A stretch of 64,000 bases of DNA from Tubiluchus corallicola (lineage: Eukaryota; Animalia; Priapulida). Shown piece after piece: positions 25,860-40,114 of the stretch; the stretch's first letter is position 1, and each line of letters opens with the position of its first letter. The position numbers and the translations under genes were made by a program. The stretch spans positions 912,907-976,906 of the forward strand of contig JAQGDQ010000025.1 in the NCBI GenBank assembly GCA_030141605.1, written 5' to 3'. The notes under the pieces were generated by a model. The model ran no database searches. It saw only the letters and a program-made list of their open reading frames with translations, and was not told the origin of the DNA.

Positions 25860-28800
25860 TCAATACCAGTACATGTCTTTCGATGGATCCGTAACGGTGA
25901 CCGTATCTGTGAATGGAAAAATAACCTTGGGTTTATAAAACGAATTAGTTGTAAATTAAATTATAAAGTTCAAATCTAATTTGCGTAACCTGGCCACTAT
26001 AATAGCTTTCATTAATGTTAAATGTCCATAAATGTCCTAAAGACTAGTTTAATTTTATTTATGCCTGATTCACTAATTATACATGTTAACTTAGTTAATT
26101 ACTTCAAATTTCACTGTAAAAAATCTATCAACACGCATTGCCAACTGATTGTTGCCTAATCAGTCGCCTAATTAACATAGGCTTCTATATTACTTCTACA
26201 TTATTTAAAATTTAATTAATGCAGTAACAGAGAAAAAAACTACAATTTAAAAATAACACCATGTATTGTTTTGTAGTCCATAATCTCCGAGTAAAATTAT
26301 ATATTTCACTTTATATAGTGGGGAGTAAAAGACCCGTATGGTCGTTCCCATTCCCACACTGTTTAAACATTTAGCTTCATCAATTGATAACATGCTATAT
26401 AAATACGTATGAAATAAAGTGCCTATGCCTTATTATTAACAAAGCGAAATTTTAAGTTATAATTTAACTGAAATAGTTTCTTGACATTACTAAACTAAAA
26501 AAACTGAATTATTTTTGACAGAAATGAAGTTTACGGTGCAAAAAGAACATATAATTTTGAAAGAAGTGCACAAGTCGCGACAATTTTTGGTAAATTTAGT
26601 CACGTCTAACTAACTAGTTTATTTGTTTTCTAGCAATGGAAATAGGAGTCAAAGATTTGTAGCTTCTTAAACGTTTTGAATTCCTGGGGATAATTTAAAT
26701 AATTAGATTTTCTAATGTATATAATGTAAGCAAACGTAAAGAACCTAACACTACATAGCAGCCTGTCAGAGAATAGTAATTATTATATACACATGCTATT
26801 CTATATTCATGTTAGTGTAGACCTAGTAAATTTATAATAGTATCAAATCTACGCCAAATAAATAATTAAAAAGTACGAAAAAAATTGGTGATGCGACAAA
26901 GGGCATCTAATAACCGTCAGAAAACATTAGAAACTCATGGGTCTATATCGATGCCAGAGGCCAACATCGCGTGAGTAGCACGGATAATAAAACTTGAACA
27001 ATTTTGCTTTCTAATTATGCCTGACCCGAAGTTATTCATCCCAGTTATGCAAGGAACGTTACGGAAAGAAGAAGATGTATGTCAAAAACAAATTCTCACC
27101 AGTAAACGCTGTGTGTCCATAGCCATCTCGGAATGTATCGTGGTGGTAATTCGACGCTGACCACATGTCTCTTGACTTTCCCGAGACGTCACATTGTCCA
27201 GGTAACTTTCGCCCATTCGTTTGTAGCAACAAAGAACCGTACCGAGTCTTATGAAAATGATTATTATGAGGTATGGTGTAAGGTGCGTATGCGTTCATCT
27301 GATGATGGGAGGAGTGATGGTACGGATAGTGCCAAGCATCTGTCGTCTGTGGGTGGTGAATGTGTAGGGCCGATGTGTACGGATCCGATAAGCCGAAATC
27401 CGGATAAGATGGATGGTGAGTGGATGCAGGCAGGGAGGAATGGGCCGCACAAGATGACTGCTGGCTTCCCGTACTCCAGAATGAGGCAGGAAAATTTCTT
27501 TGGTTCATTGAGCTAGATCCTGAAACAAATGCTGTGATCATCATCATCATCATTGTCGTCGTCACCATTCCCATCACCATCATCACCACCACCACCACCA
27601 CCATCGCCGCCACCGCCGCCACCACCACCACCACCACCACCACCACCACCATCATCATCATCAGTATCATCAACATCATCATCAGTGAAAACATTTGTTT
27701 TTTACCATTATTTTCATTGTAATTTTTGCACAGCAGCGCAGAAGAAAAAAAGCCAGAAATTGCAACTATAAGTTTAAAAATGATAACAGTTTTGTAAAGA
27801 TAAATTTAGATTCGTAAATATGGGCAAACAACGATATATAGTGGAAGACATAAATGTACACGTTTACGTACATACCGGTATAGTTAAACTATTGACATGA
27901 CAATGAGTAACACTAACCTTTCCAAGAATGTTTGGAATCTCTACAGCTTAGCGCTCTAGCAAAGTGTTCGTCGACCACACTATTCGTATCTCCACTAAAA
28001 TATGACACTATTACACAATTTGCGTTGACGTAATGCGTTAACGTCGGTTCCGGTTTTTCTTCCGGTATTTCTGATTCCTCTAGCGGATAGTTGCTGTTAC
28101 CGCTGCTATACGAGCTGTCCGGGCTGGTGCTATTCACAGCTCTTTCCATTACTGAAGAAGCTCGTGATGCATTTATCTACATAAACCAGACATAAGCTTT
28201 TAATATGTACTTCATTTTATACGCAGCAGAGTTGTAGGTACACATTAAAAATTTAGCTAATAATTGTAATGATAATAGTAAGTTTTAAAGCATCAACATT
28301 ATAATAATTAATAATATACGTTTGCTTTCTCACTTGGATGGCAAGCTTATAATGCAGTTTATAACAAGAGGCGTAGTGTCGTGGGGCCTTTTGGCAAATT
28401 TTAAAATTTGTGCAGAAATGTTGATACCCACAGACTCGGATTTAGACCTAGGGGGTTCGGGGCACTTAATGTTCTTGGGCCCCCTCAACATGAAACTGAA
28501 ATTACACGGCAAATAAAGAATAACTAAAATTAATGATAAACGCCTTATTTCGAAAAAATATGTTAGCTGCCGACGAAAACTTCTGATTGTTTCCCCCCAA
28601 ATTTGTTGATTGAAAGAATAACTTTGATTACAATTTTCAGTTTGTGAAATGGGAAATAAGCCATAGTGACATGAATTACTAGTCAGATAAGGTATGAAGT
28701 GTTGTGGTGCCTATATTTCCTGAAATTATGCACATCATTGCTAAGTTCTCTTTTTTATACTGTTATGTTGGGCACGGAGGACCCAATGGATGTTGGGCAC

Positions 28801-31800
28801 TGGGCACCCAGCCTTTATATTTTCTGGTACTCCAAACACAATTTGTTAATTCTTTTTAATAATAAAACCAATTTTACAATTTTTATTTTTTTTATAAAAG
28901 AAGCTCTCTAGCATGGAGCGCCCGGGGCAATTGCCCCTATGCCCCTACAAATCCGGCCATGGAGACTCGGACCCAGTGGCTTTATGTACACAGCTTGTAA
29001 TACTTGTATTATTTCGGTGATCTTGGGAGAGTTGTTCAAAGTCAAAGAATAGAGCAATTAATGAATTAAAATTTCGTTGCAAAACCATATGAATTTGATA
29101 ATCATATCAGCTAAGTCCATTTATATGTAATTTGTAATTGTGCGGCAATAAAATTAATTAAAATGCTTAAGATTTTTGTTATTATACATTACATTTAAAA
29201 ATAACAAAGTAATAACAATTTACAAAAAATAATCTTACATAAATATTTTAGTAAAATTTCTTTTTTGTAATTTGTTATTGCGACAATAACGTTAATTATT
29301 TAGTCTATTTAGAGTCTGAACGTTTGAAGCTTTATGTTGATGTTGATTTACGGAAGTGACTTTGCACTACAGGAAAGCATGTAAAGAGCGTCAAAAATTT
29401 TCGGAATGCATTCCTACAAAATTCCTGTCGTACTTACCATGCCTAACAGCTTTCACTTTTGGGCAGGAGATTTTAGACCACAAATGTAGTCGTGCTTAGT
29501 TACAGCCTGACGCATGTACGAAATATTCAGAAAGTTCACTAACATAATTTAAATTACGCTCATAACAAAAAATAATGCTACTTGTAATGGTTTATTGTAT
29601 TTTAATCACTCTTTTATTTTGTGGTTTAATTATTTTAAAAATCTACTAATGCTAGCAAAATCAGTGGTCGTAAGCAAAGTAAGTGTTTTATGTTATGTCT
29701 ACATGAGTACATGTACAGACCCGATGAAAGATTTTGCCTATTGTTCTTTGTTGCAGTGTATTTTGCACTATTTTGCAGATGACTGCTTGACTTCTTTATC
29801 TGTAAGTGAACTTAGTGAAAACTAATCTCACTTTAAATCTTTCAAATGCAATTTTTATAAAATGAGAATTCTGTAATTTATTTGACTGATTGCAAGTTTA
29901 GAACCACAGAGGACAGCCGCATTAAAAAAATATGAAAATGTCACGAGAAAAACTGAGTTTCGTTACTAGTTGAACTTAATTAAATTTATTCAAGCCAAAT
30001 AACTGTACAGGAGAAGGCACATAATTGATCATCTTAGCTTAAAAAGTATAGATAGCTTTTTATAAGTAAAGGGTGTGAGATTAAAATCATCATAACATTT
30101 TTAGGAGTTTTATCATTAATTTAATTTTAATTAGTGACTTAGTCTATAATGCTATTAAGTTTGAATAGAAATAATTTGGTAAAATGGTGACTCCAAAAAG
30201 ACAAATCCCATTTCATTTTGATATTCTTGGATAACTTTTCTAATGCTATTTTTAAATATAAGTTAGATTTTGAATAATTAATTATTTATTTAAACATTTT
30301 TATGGTTAATATTCTGTTAACAGTAGGTGGTGTTTAGCGTCAGCTAAATAGCTTTCTACAATTTCAATAATGAATGGCGACATAGACGCTAGTGTTCATT
30401 ACTAGTGCGTAATTTATGATGTCTAACATGACTTTAAACTTGTACCAATAAAAGTGAAATTTGCAAGCAATGCCACTAGCGATTATTACTAGCATCATCT
30501 TGTTTTCTTTTATTGCAAGTGATCAACTGCTTTAAGGCAAAGAAGACTAGAGGTCTGTTTTGCTGTCTCTTCTGCAGTGATGTTAACTCCCATAGAACAC
30601 GTAGAACGTAAGTAGCCCACGTCTACAAAACTTTCTACATATTTTGTGAATAGTAATAAATATCGCTATCTTGTTTTTGCAGAAGTTGATTTTGAATCTA
30701 CATTTTGCAGGGTTTCAATCTCGCAGCGAAATGCGTCGTCGCCGTCAACGGTTAAGGAGAGCCAGAGAGACGTCTGTGAATCAGAGACATGTATGATTTA
30801 CAAGTGATGTGACTTTCTAAAACATTTGTTTGTTGTTACGAAAAAACAAAACTCACTGTAATAAGTCTCACATATCACCATTGGTTGCTGTCAAACGAAA
30901 TAAACTACATTTCGAGAATTCTTTCTTTTGCCTTTTAGCTATTTGTAAGATATGTGTGTATAGTATTCGTCAATATCCCGTGTTTAAGTGACTCAGTTTA
31001 ATTTTTCTTTTTAAGTTTTTTTTGTATAATATATATCTTTCTTGAAATTTCTGTTTTTGGCCTCTCATTTTTACATTTTATGTAACAATTATTTTTATTG
31101 TGCCGTTTTTAGTCTGGAAATGCTGGTGCATTTTCTCATGGCGTGGGTTACTGTGATAACTTGGAATTTGAGGATCTAGGACAAGGGTTCAACTTTAGGT
31201 TCAATGGATTTAACATGACAGTAGAGCAAATTATTGAAGGTAGATATGTACTATAATCATACTGTACTGGTTACATGTTAATCTATGAAACAAAATTTTT
31301 CTCTAATTTTTTTGGAAACGGAATTTTTTTTTAAGATATTTCTAATCTTAATACGAAGATTGTTATTTATGATTTTGGAAATCCACAATTAATTGATTTT
31401 TGAAACTGACACTGAAAAACAAGATATGTAAAAAAAGCCGAAAGTGGATTTAAACGAGGACCTTTTGCTTACAAGGCATACGTCACAACCAGTAGACTAC
31501 TATGTATTGCTATTGCAAAGTTTATCCCTAAGGCGGGCCAAACAGTTTCAGCAGTTCCAGTTTTAGGTTGCACACATTATAGAGATTCTATCTAATTATA
31601 ATTTTAATTATTTTTTTTGCAGGGGCAGAGACTCATATTATAAATCTTCTTCGGCAACGTTCCAGAGGTAGAAGTCATCGGGAGATCTCAGAGAATGTGT
31701 TCATATCACTGGACGAGGTAGTTTCTTAAATGTTGTTAGATTATTAATGCTTGTGCTGTTCACTGCAACTATTATGTCGTAGCTGGTAGCTTTTGCTGTT

Positions 31801-34800
31801 ACTTTAACATCACCCTACAAGCAGATCATTCCGAAATTGGCTGGACTGTTTTTATGGAGACAGAAGATAAAAAAGATGTAGGAAGACCATGACGAATATG
31901 CCATCTCAGCATTAATTATGTGTAAGCTGGGTTCGAAGGAAACAGATTCAGCAAAATTAATGGATTTGCCAAATAAAAACGTTTTGATTTAGTGAAATTT
32001 ACACAATGTCAAATGACGAATTTTCAGTTTATTAAAATTGAAATGTTCCTGTTTTAGTAAAATTTACACGAATGTCAAATGAGAACTCAATGTAAGCTGT
32101 CCTCTTTTGTAATAAATGACCCCCCATCCGTGGCATGGTTAACAAATCTGCGGAAGAAAAAACAACTTGCAATGTCTATATTTCGCAGGAAGTGACACAT
32201 GCGCAGTCTCTATCTGCCAGTATCAGTTTCAGGGGCGACTGGTTGAGAGGGCGCTGGACTATCAATATGGATTTGGAGAACCATTCACATGAAGAGGAGA
32301 AACTGCCACGAGGACTCACTCGTGAAGAGGTTAACACTTTACCTACACACGCATATGAAGAAGGATACATAGAGAATCCAACTTGTAATATATGTCTTGA
32401 CAGGTGTGTTTAGGGATTATGCAATGTTTCGTTTTCTAGTACTAGACAGCGATAGATTAGGTTTGTTTATTACGAAATCATTATTACTAAATTACCTCAC
32501 TTGTTCTACTAGTTATCAATTTTTTATTGTAAGCTACTTAATTAATTTGTCAGTAAATTGCTTGTGGCATGCTAACTATTTTAGCTCATTTTAATTCCTT
32601 AGGATTTGCCTCACTAAGAGCTCTTGGAAATTTAGTAAATAGTTCCTCTGCTGTAAAGCAAAAACAGAGCACATCGAGACTGGATTTTAATTTAATTCGA
32701 AATATCTTTTAAATTGAACTAAACGTATGTGGACTCCTAGAATCAATGTACACAATGGTTTCAATGCTGCTGCACAAAGTTTCAAAACAAACAAATTGAC
32801 AAATGGATGGACAGACTGACAAACGGGCAAACAAACAGGTTATGCTGAAACACTTTAATGCAACAGGCCTATATGCTCAATGATAGAATTACATGAGAAT
32901 TAGAACGTATTGATTTCAAGAAAAAGTTTCAATATTTAACAATGTTCAAATTAAATCGTTATTTTCATAAAGATAATAAATGGTATATCGAGTTAAAGAT
33001 CATGCATCATGACATTACGTATTGCTGAAAATTGTTGTTAATTCATGTTAATTACAACTTATGAATTATAGTTATTGAAGCTATACCTAGAACTAGTAGC
33101 TTATTAATTACACGAAGTCTGGGACATTGTGCCATTTATTCATTTTTTACAGGTACATAGGAAAGGACATACTGCGTTCACTACCTTGCTTACACAACTT
33201 TCACATGAACTGTATAGATGAGTGGATTAAGGTAATGTAAATGACGTGTAAAATTGAGAATTATAGTATTAATTTTTTTGTATTTACAATTCAGCTTAAA
33301 CAGTATAGTGTTTAGCTTGGACAGGGTTAAGGGATCTGCTGTAACTTGCCTCAGTCTTTGGTAGTCGGAATTGTCAGTCACTTTAGTATCTATACAGCAA
33401 GTGTAGCAAAACGAACGAACAGACAGACTGACAATATATAGGTGCGTGTATGGACAAATAAACTATCGAATGCTGGACTTCGTTGAATCGTTGAACAATT
33501 GAATGAAAAATCAAAGAAATGAATGAATCAATGATTGAAAGAATGAACAAGTGAATGAATAAATTAACAAACAAGTGTGTTAGCAAGAGGACGAGGTAGC
33601 AACTGAACAAATGAAAGCAAAAAAATGAATTTGCCAACTGACCGACTACCTGACGTAATCATTAGATGATCTCTTAAGGTTAGTTAGATCAATCTGTTAT
33701 ACTTTTCAGAGTCACCCAACGTGTCCAGTATGCAGAGTAGAAGTAACCCACGAGCAGTGAAAAAGTTGAAAAAACAACTTTTGCAAAATAACACAAGGAA
33801 GCGAAAAGTTATTTTCTGTTGATTTTGTTACTATTTTGTTGATATTGTTTTGTTGTTACGAAATAATTTTTGTTTTTTCTGGTAACTTGCTGGTAACTTT
33901 TGAACGATGCAATAATTTAACTGACTCTCACTGCAAGTGCATTCACACTCATACAGGATGGTGATTTCATGCGAACTACTTTCATTTTAAGTAGCGTTCA
34001 CACTCGGGATGGTAGTTTCATGTGAACTACTTTCATTTTAAGCAGTGTTCACACTTGGGATAGTAGTTTCATGTGTGCTACTTTACTTTCATTTTAAGCA
34101 GTGTTCACACTCGGGATGGTAGTTTCATGTGAACTACTTTCATTTTAAGCAGTGTTCACACTCGGGATGGTAGTTTCATGTGTGCTACTTTACTTTCATT
34201 TTAAGCAGTGTTCACACTCGGGATGGTAGTTTCATGTGTGCTACTTTCATTTTAAGCAGTGTTCACACTCGGGATGGTAGTTTCATGTGAACTACTTTCA
34301 TTTTAAGCAGTGTTCACACTCGGAATGATAGTTTCATGTGTGCTACTTTCATTTTAAGCAGTGTTCACACTCGGGATGGTAGTTTCATGTGTGCTACTTT
34401 CATTTTAAGCAGTGTTTACACTCGGGATGGTAGTTTCATGTGAACTACTTTCATTTGAAGCAGTGTTCACACTCGGGATGGTAGTTTCATGTGAACTACT
34501 TTCATTTGAAGCAGTGCGCCTACACTCGGGATAGTAGTTTCATGTGAACTACTTTCATTTTAAGCAGTGTTCACACTCGGGATAGTAGTTTCGTGTGGGC
34601 TACTTTCATTTTAAGCAGTGTGTTCACACTCGGGATGCTAATTTCATATAAACTATTTTCACTTTTATTAGATTCATTTACTCGTAAACCAGTTAAAACC
34701 AGAAATGACTATACTACATGTTCGTATATTCGTAGCTGTTTAAATTTATTTTGTTTTTTGAATTTTCACTACAACGTATTTTAATTGCGCTCTTGTTGAA

Positions 34801-36240
34801 ATTTGTATTTCCAAAACAAAATACGCAACAGCTACGAGTAACTGAAAAATTTCTGTGTGAAAATAGTTATTACCGCTAAGTTTACTACCGACAGATATTT
34901 AAATTTTAATATAGGAACTACTTATAGGAATTAAGTTTACAAGCTTATTGTGTTTAAAGAGTACCTTGTTTTTTGTATTTTTATAGCCTATATATAAAAA
35001 TTATATACTCGTTATTAATTTGCAAATTCGCATTAAGCTTAATAATACGTAGCTAAATAAATTATACGATTATTATTAGAATTATAAATTTATGGACTTT
35101 ATTGATAGCACATAATTTTACTAAATAGCTTTTTAATAAAGATACTAAATAATTATGATAGTAAGAATGTTTACATGTGGCCAAATGATTTGTATTCTCC
35201 AAAACTTAGAATGATGTGCAGCATTTGACAGTACTTTGCGTATAATATATAATTTTATTAAATAATAATTTAAATGTTAACTCACTATTGTGACAAAAAT
35301 GCTTACTTGGATCATTACTTAGATTTTTGCGATTCGTTCCTTACAGCAAGACTATATAAAATATATTTGTTAATAAGTTCTCAACTTTTTAGTTTTATTG
35401 CTTTACTAATGTTTGTTTTTAGTAGAAATTTAAAATTTTTGTAAGTTTAGTAATTTTTTCATTTAAACACAAAGATCATAGTTGTGAGGTGAAAACATTT
35501 TTTTGTTTTACCTAAAGAATAAAATACTCGTAAAAATTTTTTGTAATTTTTCATAATTTCATATTAGTAATGAATGGATACAATTCTTTATTTAGTACTT
35601 ATATCCCCAAACTGTGACATCAATGTAGGACACGCCTATTCTGGTCTTTACTTAGACGGTAAGAGAAAATGAGCATCTTTCAAATTTAAAACACTTGGTG
35701 TTATTTCTGTTACAAATTTCCAGTTTTTAGTTGTTTTCGAACACAGTAATATTTACATATTGACATGTTACCATATTGACAAATTAGACATACAACTAAT
35801 GTACCTAGGCAGTGAGAATAAATTGTCGAAGCTAAGCAACCTGGCTAATAAATGAATGGGCGGCCATCGGGAAACTTAGCAATTACACTCTAGGGGACTA
35901 AGAATGCATAGGCATCCTTCTGTAGGTACTTCTGGCAGCTCTGTGATGCACTTTAAAGGACTACCTTTGGCCTTGAGCTACGTCCTCGTCCTGCCACAAC
36001 TAGTCAATATTTGTAGTGGGCCGTGCCGTTGAGCGCTGGATGTCGACTCACAGTGCGCCAAGTTGCATAAAAATCTACCATATTTGAAAACTTATATGTT
36101 AAAACTCAAATCAATGTATAAGGCTAGGTTCTCACCTTACAATCTGCAGGTTCTAATTGTGCTGGTATTCTAGACGGTGCTGAGTCTCTGCAGGCGTTGA
36201 ATGGTGAGTAAGTGTGGAACACTGCTATATCAGCGCTCAT
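25860..36240 (-). CDS. VGLL: Vestigial-like transcription cofactor (TONDU domain, TEAD/Scalloped partner), ~276 aa
   Basis: Exons 36240-36136 (MSADIAVFHTYSPF...), 28176-27918 (TONDU CVIVSYFSGDTNSVVDEHFARAL), 27519-27100 (MNQRNFPASFW, His/Tyr-rich, RYGSLLL), 25906-25860 (DPSKDMYWY*). 831 nt, phases consistent, GT-AG. The first exon is the least certain. Confidence 0.9.
27537..27682. repeat. (CAT)n/(CAC)n trinucleotide microsatellite in a VGLL intron
   Basis: Direct reading; lies just outside the acceptor at 27520-27521. Confidence 0.9.
28430..28960. mobile_element. MITE-like element with GC-rich termini
   Basis: cggattt...ggggcac at the left end and gcccggggcaattgcccc...aaatccggccatg at the right end; TSD unclear. 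Confidence 0.4.
30580..33760 (+). CDS. RING-H2 E3 ubiquitin ligase (RNF38/RLIM-type C-terminal RING), ~224 aa, nested antisense in the VGLL intron
   Basis: Exons 30580-30607, 30711-30790, 31113-31239, 31623-31717, 32189-32403, 33153-33231, 33710-33760 (675 nt, in frame, GT-AG). PRGLTREEVNTLP, then CNICLDRYIGKDILRSLPCLHNFHMNCIDEWIKSHPTCPVCR (C3H2C3). Arg-rich N-terminal NLS-like stretch. Confidence 0.88.
31433..31505 (-). pseudogene. Degenerate tRNA-like sequence (Thr-UGU-like anticodon loop) or SINE head
   Basis: Minus strand: gtagtctactggtt (A box), tgcc-ttgtaa-gca, gtttaaatcc (mutated B box), then TTTTTT; the acceptor stem does not pair. Confidence 0.4.
33935..34665. repeat. Minisatellite, ~14 x 51 bp, just downstream of the RING stop codon
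   Basis: Unit aagcagtgttcacactcgggatggtagtttcatgtgaactactttcatttt with small indel variants; no unique spacers. Confidence 0.92.
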
Positions 36241-36423
36241 GATGTGTTTGAGACAGGTAGTTTCACTTCACCTACAGAAAAATGTATGCCACATGTAGTT
36301 TTTCACAATTTGATAACATATATACATAGTATTTATTTATTTATTATCTAGCCGCTTGATCGAAAACCTACTATTACATGTTTAATAGAGAATCTATAAA
36401 GGTTCATAAAGAGAAAAAGCTAA

Positions 36424-36507
<84 letters not shown>

Positions 36508-36535
36508 AAAAAGAAGAAGAATAAAAATAAGAATA
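36424..36535. repeat. (AAT)n(AAG)n compound microsatellite
   Basis: Direct reading. Confidence 0.9.
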
Positions 36536-38589
36536 ATTAATTACAGTTAGCATAACCTCAGAGAGCTTTTTGTCGACTGTAACAAATCTACAACTACATA
36601 ACAGAGACCATTACGAATTTAGATAGTTTGAAATTTTGACTAGACGATTCACTTACGGGTATAGTATTCTACTATTCAACAAATAATTTTAAAGTAAAAT
36701 TATTAATATTGTTTTTCATTATAGACAGGGCTTACTTAACAAATGAAACAGAGTCTGCAAGGGAAAATTGGCAAAGTTTATTAGACGTAAATTAATAAAA
36801 ATGTTCTTTTAAGTCAACACAACTGATGATGCTTCTAGCGAAAAACTTTCCTCTCTTAAACATATTTACTGTTTAAAATGTCAGATTTTGTTCTAGTACT
36901 TTGACTGTTCTCTTTGCTTAACTTATTTGGTATTCAGGTGCACTGTGATGGTTCATATAATCGTTCGTTCGTCATTTGCTCACTTCTTCACTTACTGACT
37001 CAATTCACGGTTTATTTTATTGCTTTAAAAAGGGAGTAGTAAACTACAATAGAGTAGAATGAAACAGAACGGAAAGGTATCCTCGGAACAAAATGGAGTA
37101 GAATGTAAAAGGACAGCTAGAACATCTTGGTACACGATAGAACAGCAAGCAACTGACTGAACAGAATAGAATGGAATAAAAGCAAACAACAGAACACAAT
37201 TATAGAAATTACAATTAAATTAAATTAAGTTAAATCAAATCAAATTAAATAAGTTAATTTAACTTAAAGAATCGTTGAAAACATTGTCTGCAAAGTAAAC
37301 TCTGTCGAGCTATATGTTTTTTCCATATAAAACATAACTGCATTGCCCATATCGCTTGCTATAGCTAAAACAAAAAATATACGCTAAACTATTTATTATT
37401 CGAAATAGAACGTTGATTTATAACGTAACTTTTTATGAATTATTTCTAAAAGCGTATCATCCATATCCAAGCAAAATTTGGTCACTATTTCTTCTGTGTG
37501 TATGTGAGACTGTTAATTGTGACTAACTAATCTGTTAAAAATAAAATTAATCAATGATTTTAAATGAGTACTGTTCGTCTACGGCTATAACGTCAAATAT
37601 AAACTGTTAAGAAGCCCGTTTCTTTAAATGCAGGGGCAATTTTGTAAATGTTTAGAAGAATTTTTGCAAGCTTGCATGTCTTGCACTTTTGTTTTTGGAC
37701 GAGTGTTGCTTAACCACATACAACACTCCGGTTACTGTATATTTAGTAATCGGTCGTTTAAAAATAGCTCGGCTTTGCTTCGAACTTGTTACCTTGCGCC
37801 TACACGTGCTTACTGTGTAGGCTGGATTTTTTTGTTTAGAAAATTGTAAACTGAAAATAAACTGTATTTTAAAAGGATATAAATGCAAATAGCCTATGCA
37901 TTGTTGTTTGCTTTTAAATTAAGTTTTGGTTAAAAAAGAAAATTAGCTTATAAACTTGTTATAAGTCTAATAAATTAGATATAAAAATTTTACTCTTTCT
38001 GCTAGGGCAAATTTTATGATAATTTGATATTTCTTGTTACTTATAAGCCGGGTTTTTATGTTTTTCTGTTATGATACTATTATTCAGTAACTTAGTATTT
38101 AGTTTCTCTTAAATGAGGGTGTTAGCCCATGATTAATTTATTTGTTTTTAGCTGACAAATGCAAAAACTACAAAGATTTTAAAGAAGCCCGTGCACAAGT
38201 TCTTTCACTCAAAATCCGACGTGTAGTATTAACATCAAATAAATTTCTTATTATATTATACTAAATTTTATTTTTCCTTTGTTAGACTGAAAATCGTGTT
38301 TTTAGCTTTTTGTTGTTTCTTGAAGCTTAATTAAAAATAAATATAGAAAGTTATGACTTATAAGTAAATGATTTTTATTTATATAATAAGTTATGAGCGA
38401 AAGATAATAATGTTAATATCATTTAATTAGAATTAATTTTCGTGAGAAAATAACTTTGTAATTAATAATTGTCTGTATTTGCTACTCATAAGAGACAAAG
38501 AGTAAAGAAACTGTAAACAAGTTTTGGCATATTTACTTGTAATTTTAAAGTTTAAAACCTAGTATACTCACACAAGAATTAGACATCTC

Positions 38590-38800
38590 ACCTTAGTAAA
38601 TATTTGCAACAAGCGAGTGTTCAATTCATGTCAGCTGCTGTTGAGATGGTTAAATATACACAAATACAAGAACTTGCACGGAGCCACAGGCTTTACATTG
38701 CAAACTTTAGCTCTCTGGTTTGTGAATCGTCTGCAAATTTTGGACGTATGGTATAGAGGAAGATGTGCCGCCAGGGACTACGCATGCGCAGTGAGAACCA
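38590..38800 (-). promoter_or_regulatory. Candidate VGLL promoter and non-coding first exon
   Basis: Minus-strand donor AAG|GTGAGA at ~38590; NRF1-like TGCGCATGCG at 38781-38790 in a CpG-containing patch; a matching acceptor at 36272 precedes the ATG exon. Confidence 0.4.
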
Positions 38801-39736
38801 GTGCTTTGACAGGCACAGTAATATATGATGAATTTGACAAAAGTGAAAAATAACTTTTATAAGATTAACCATGATGATTATAAATTTCATACTTTAACAC
38901 AGTTATTATTTTGTTGGTGGAATCCTTGATGTCGACAAATGTAAATTTGCAGGTCTATTGTTTCGTATAATAATGGTTAAAATTTAATGGTGTATTTATA
39001 CACTGTGTTCGCTTATCTTATTTTAATAGATCGTGTTCTTTAGCAAAAAATTATTTATCAAACGCCACGCTGCCAAATGTGTTGAATCTCTGAATTAGCA
39101 TCTTCAGAGGATAAAATAGTAGGCCAGTTGCAGGCCTAATTGTTTTCGTGTTTGTCGAACAACTAATTGCTCTCTTTCACTTTTTTCGCATGTATAGCGT
39201 TTCAAATAGGGCACAGAATATTAAAAATAGTGTCAGGCGTCTTCTTACGAAGCTTTAGTGTTGCTATTGCTAAAGTAAGCATTAAATATTAACCACAACA
39301 ATAGTTACGATAATTTTTAACGAATGTCACACACTGTAACAGCATTAATTTTAGAGTTTGTGTTAGGACACGTGTATTTTTTAATCCATTATTTATTTGA
39401 TTCGAAACCTAACCACTAAACAGAAATGTGGGCAATATGCGATGGCTGTTTTTGATAAAGATAAATTTCTTAAAGTTTGATCATTTTTTTTTATAAAAAT
39501 ATGCAATAAAATCAACGAAACGGCCAGTTATGAATAAACACGAAGAGGATAATTATTTTTGTAACTATGTCCGTATTCTAGCCTATATTTCTAGGTTCGT
39601 GTTCGATCCACAATGTAGACATTAAAATATTTACATTTTATATGTTACTGATATAAATTAAATAATTAGAATTTTTTTTAAAATTTTCATATTTATAAGG
39701 AGTTTAATATAGCGTTAAGTGGAAAGAAAGAAAATA

Positions 39737-40114
<378 letters not shown>

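Noticed and set aside
27520-27694. Poly-Met/Val N-terminus of the 211-aa ORF
   Set aside because: Intronic trinucleotide repeat; the exon starts at the acceptor 27520-27521.
34030-34060. CAGTGT in the 51-bp repeat as an iron-responsive-element loop
   Set aside because: The flanks do not form the 5-bp upper stem with a bulged C.
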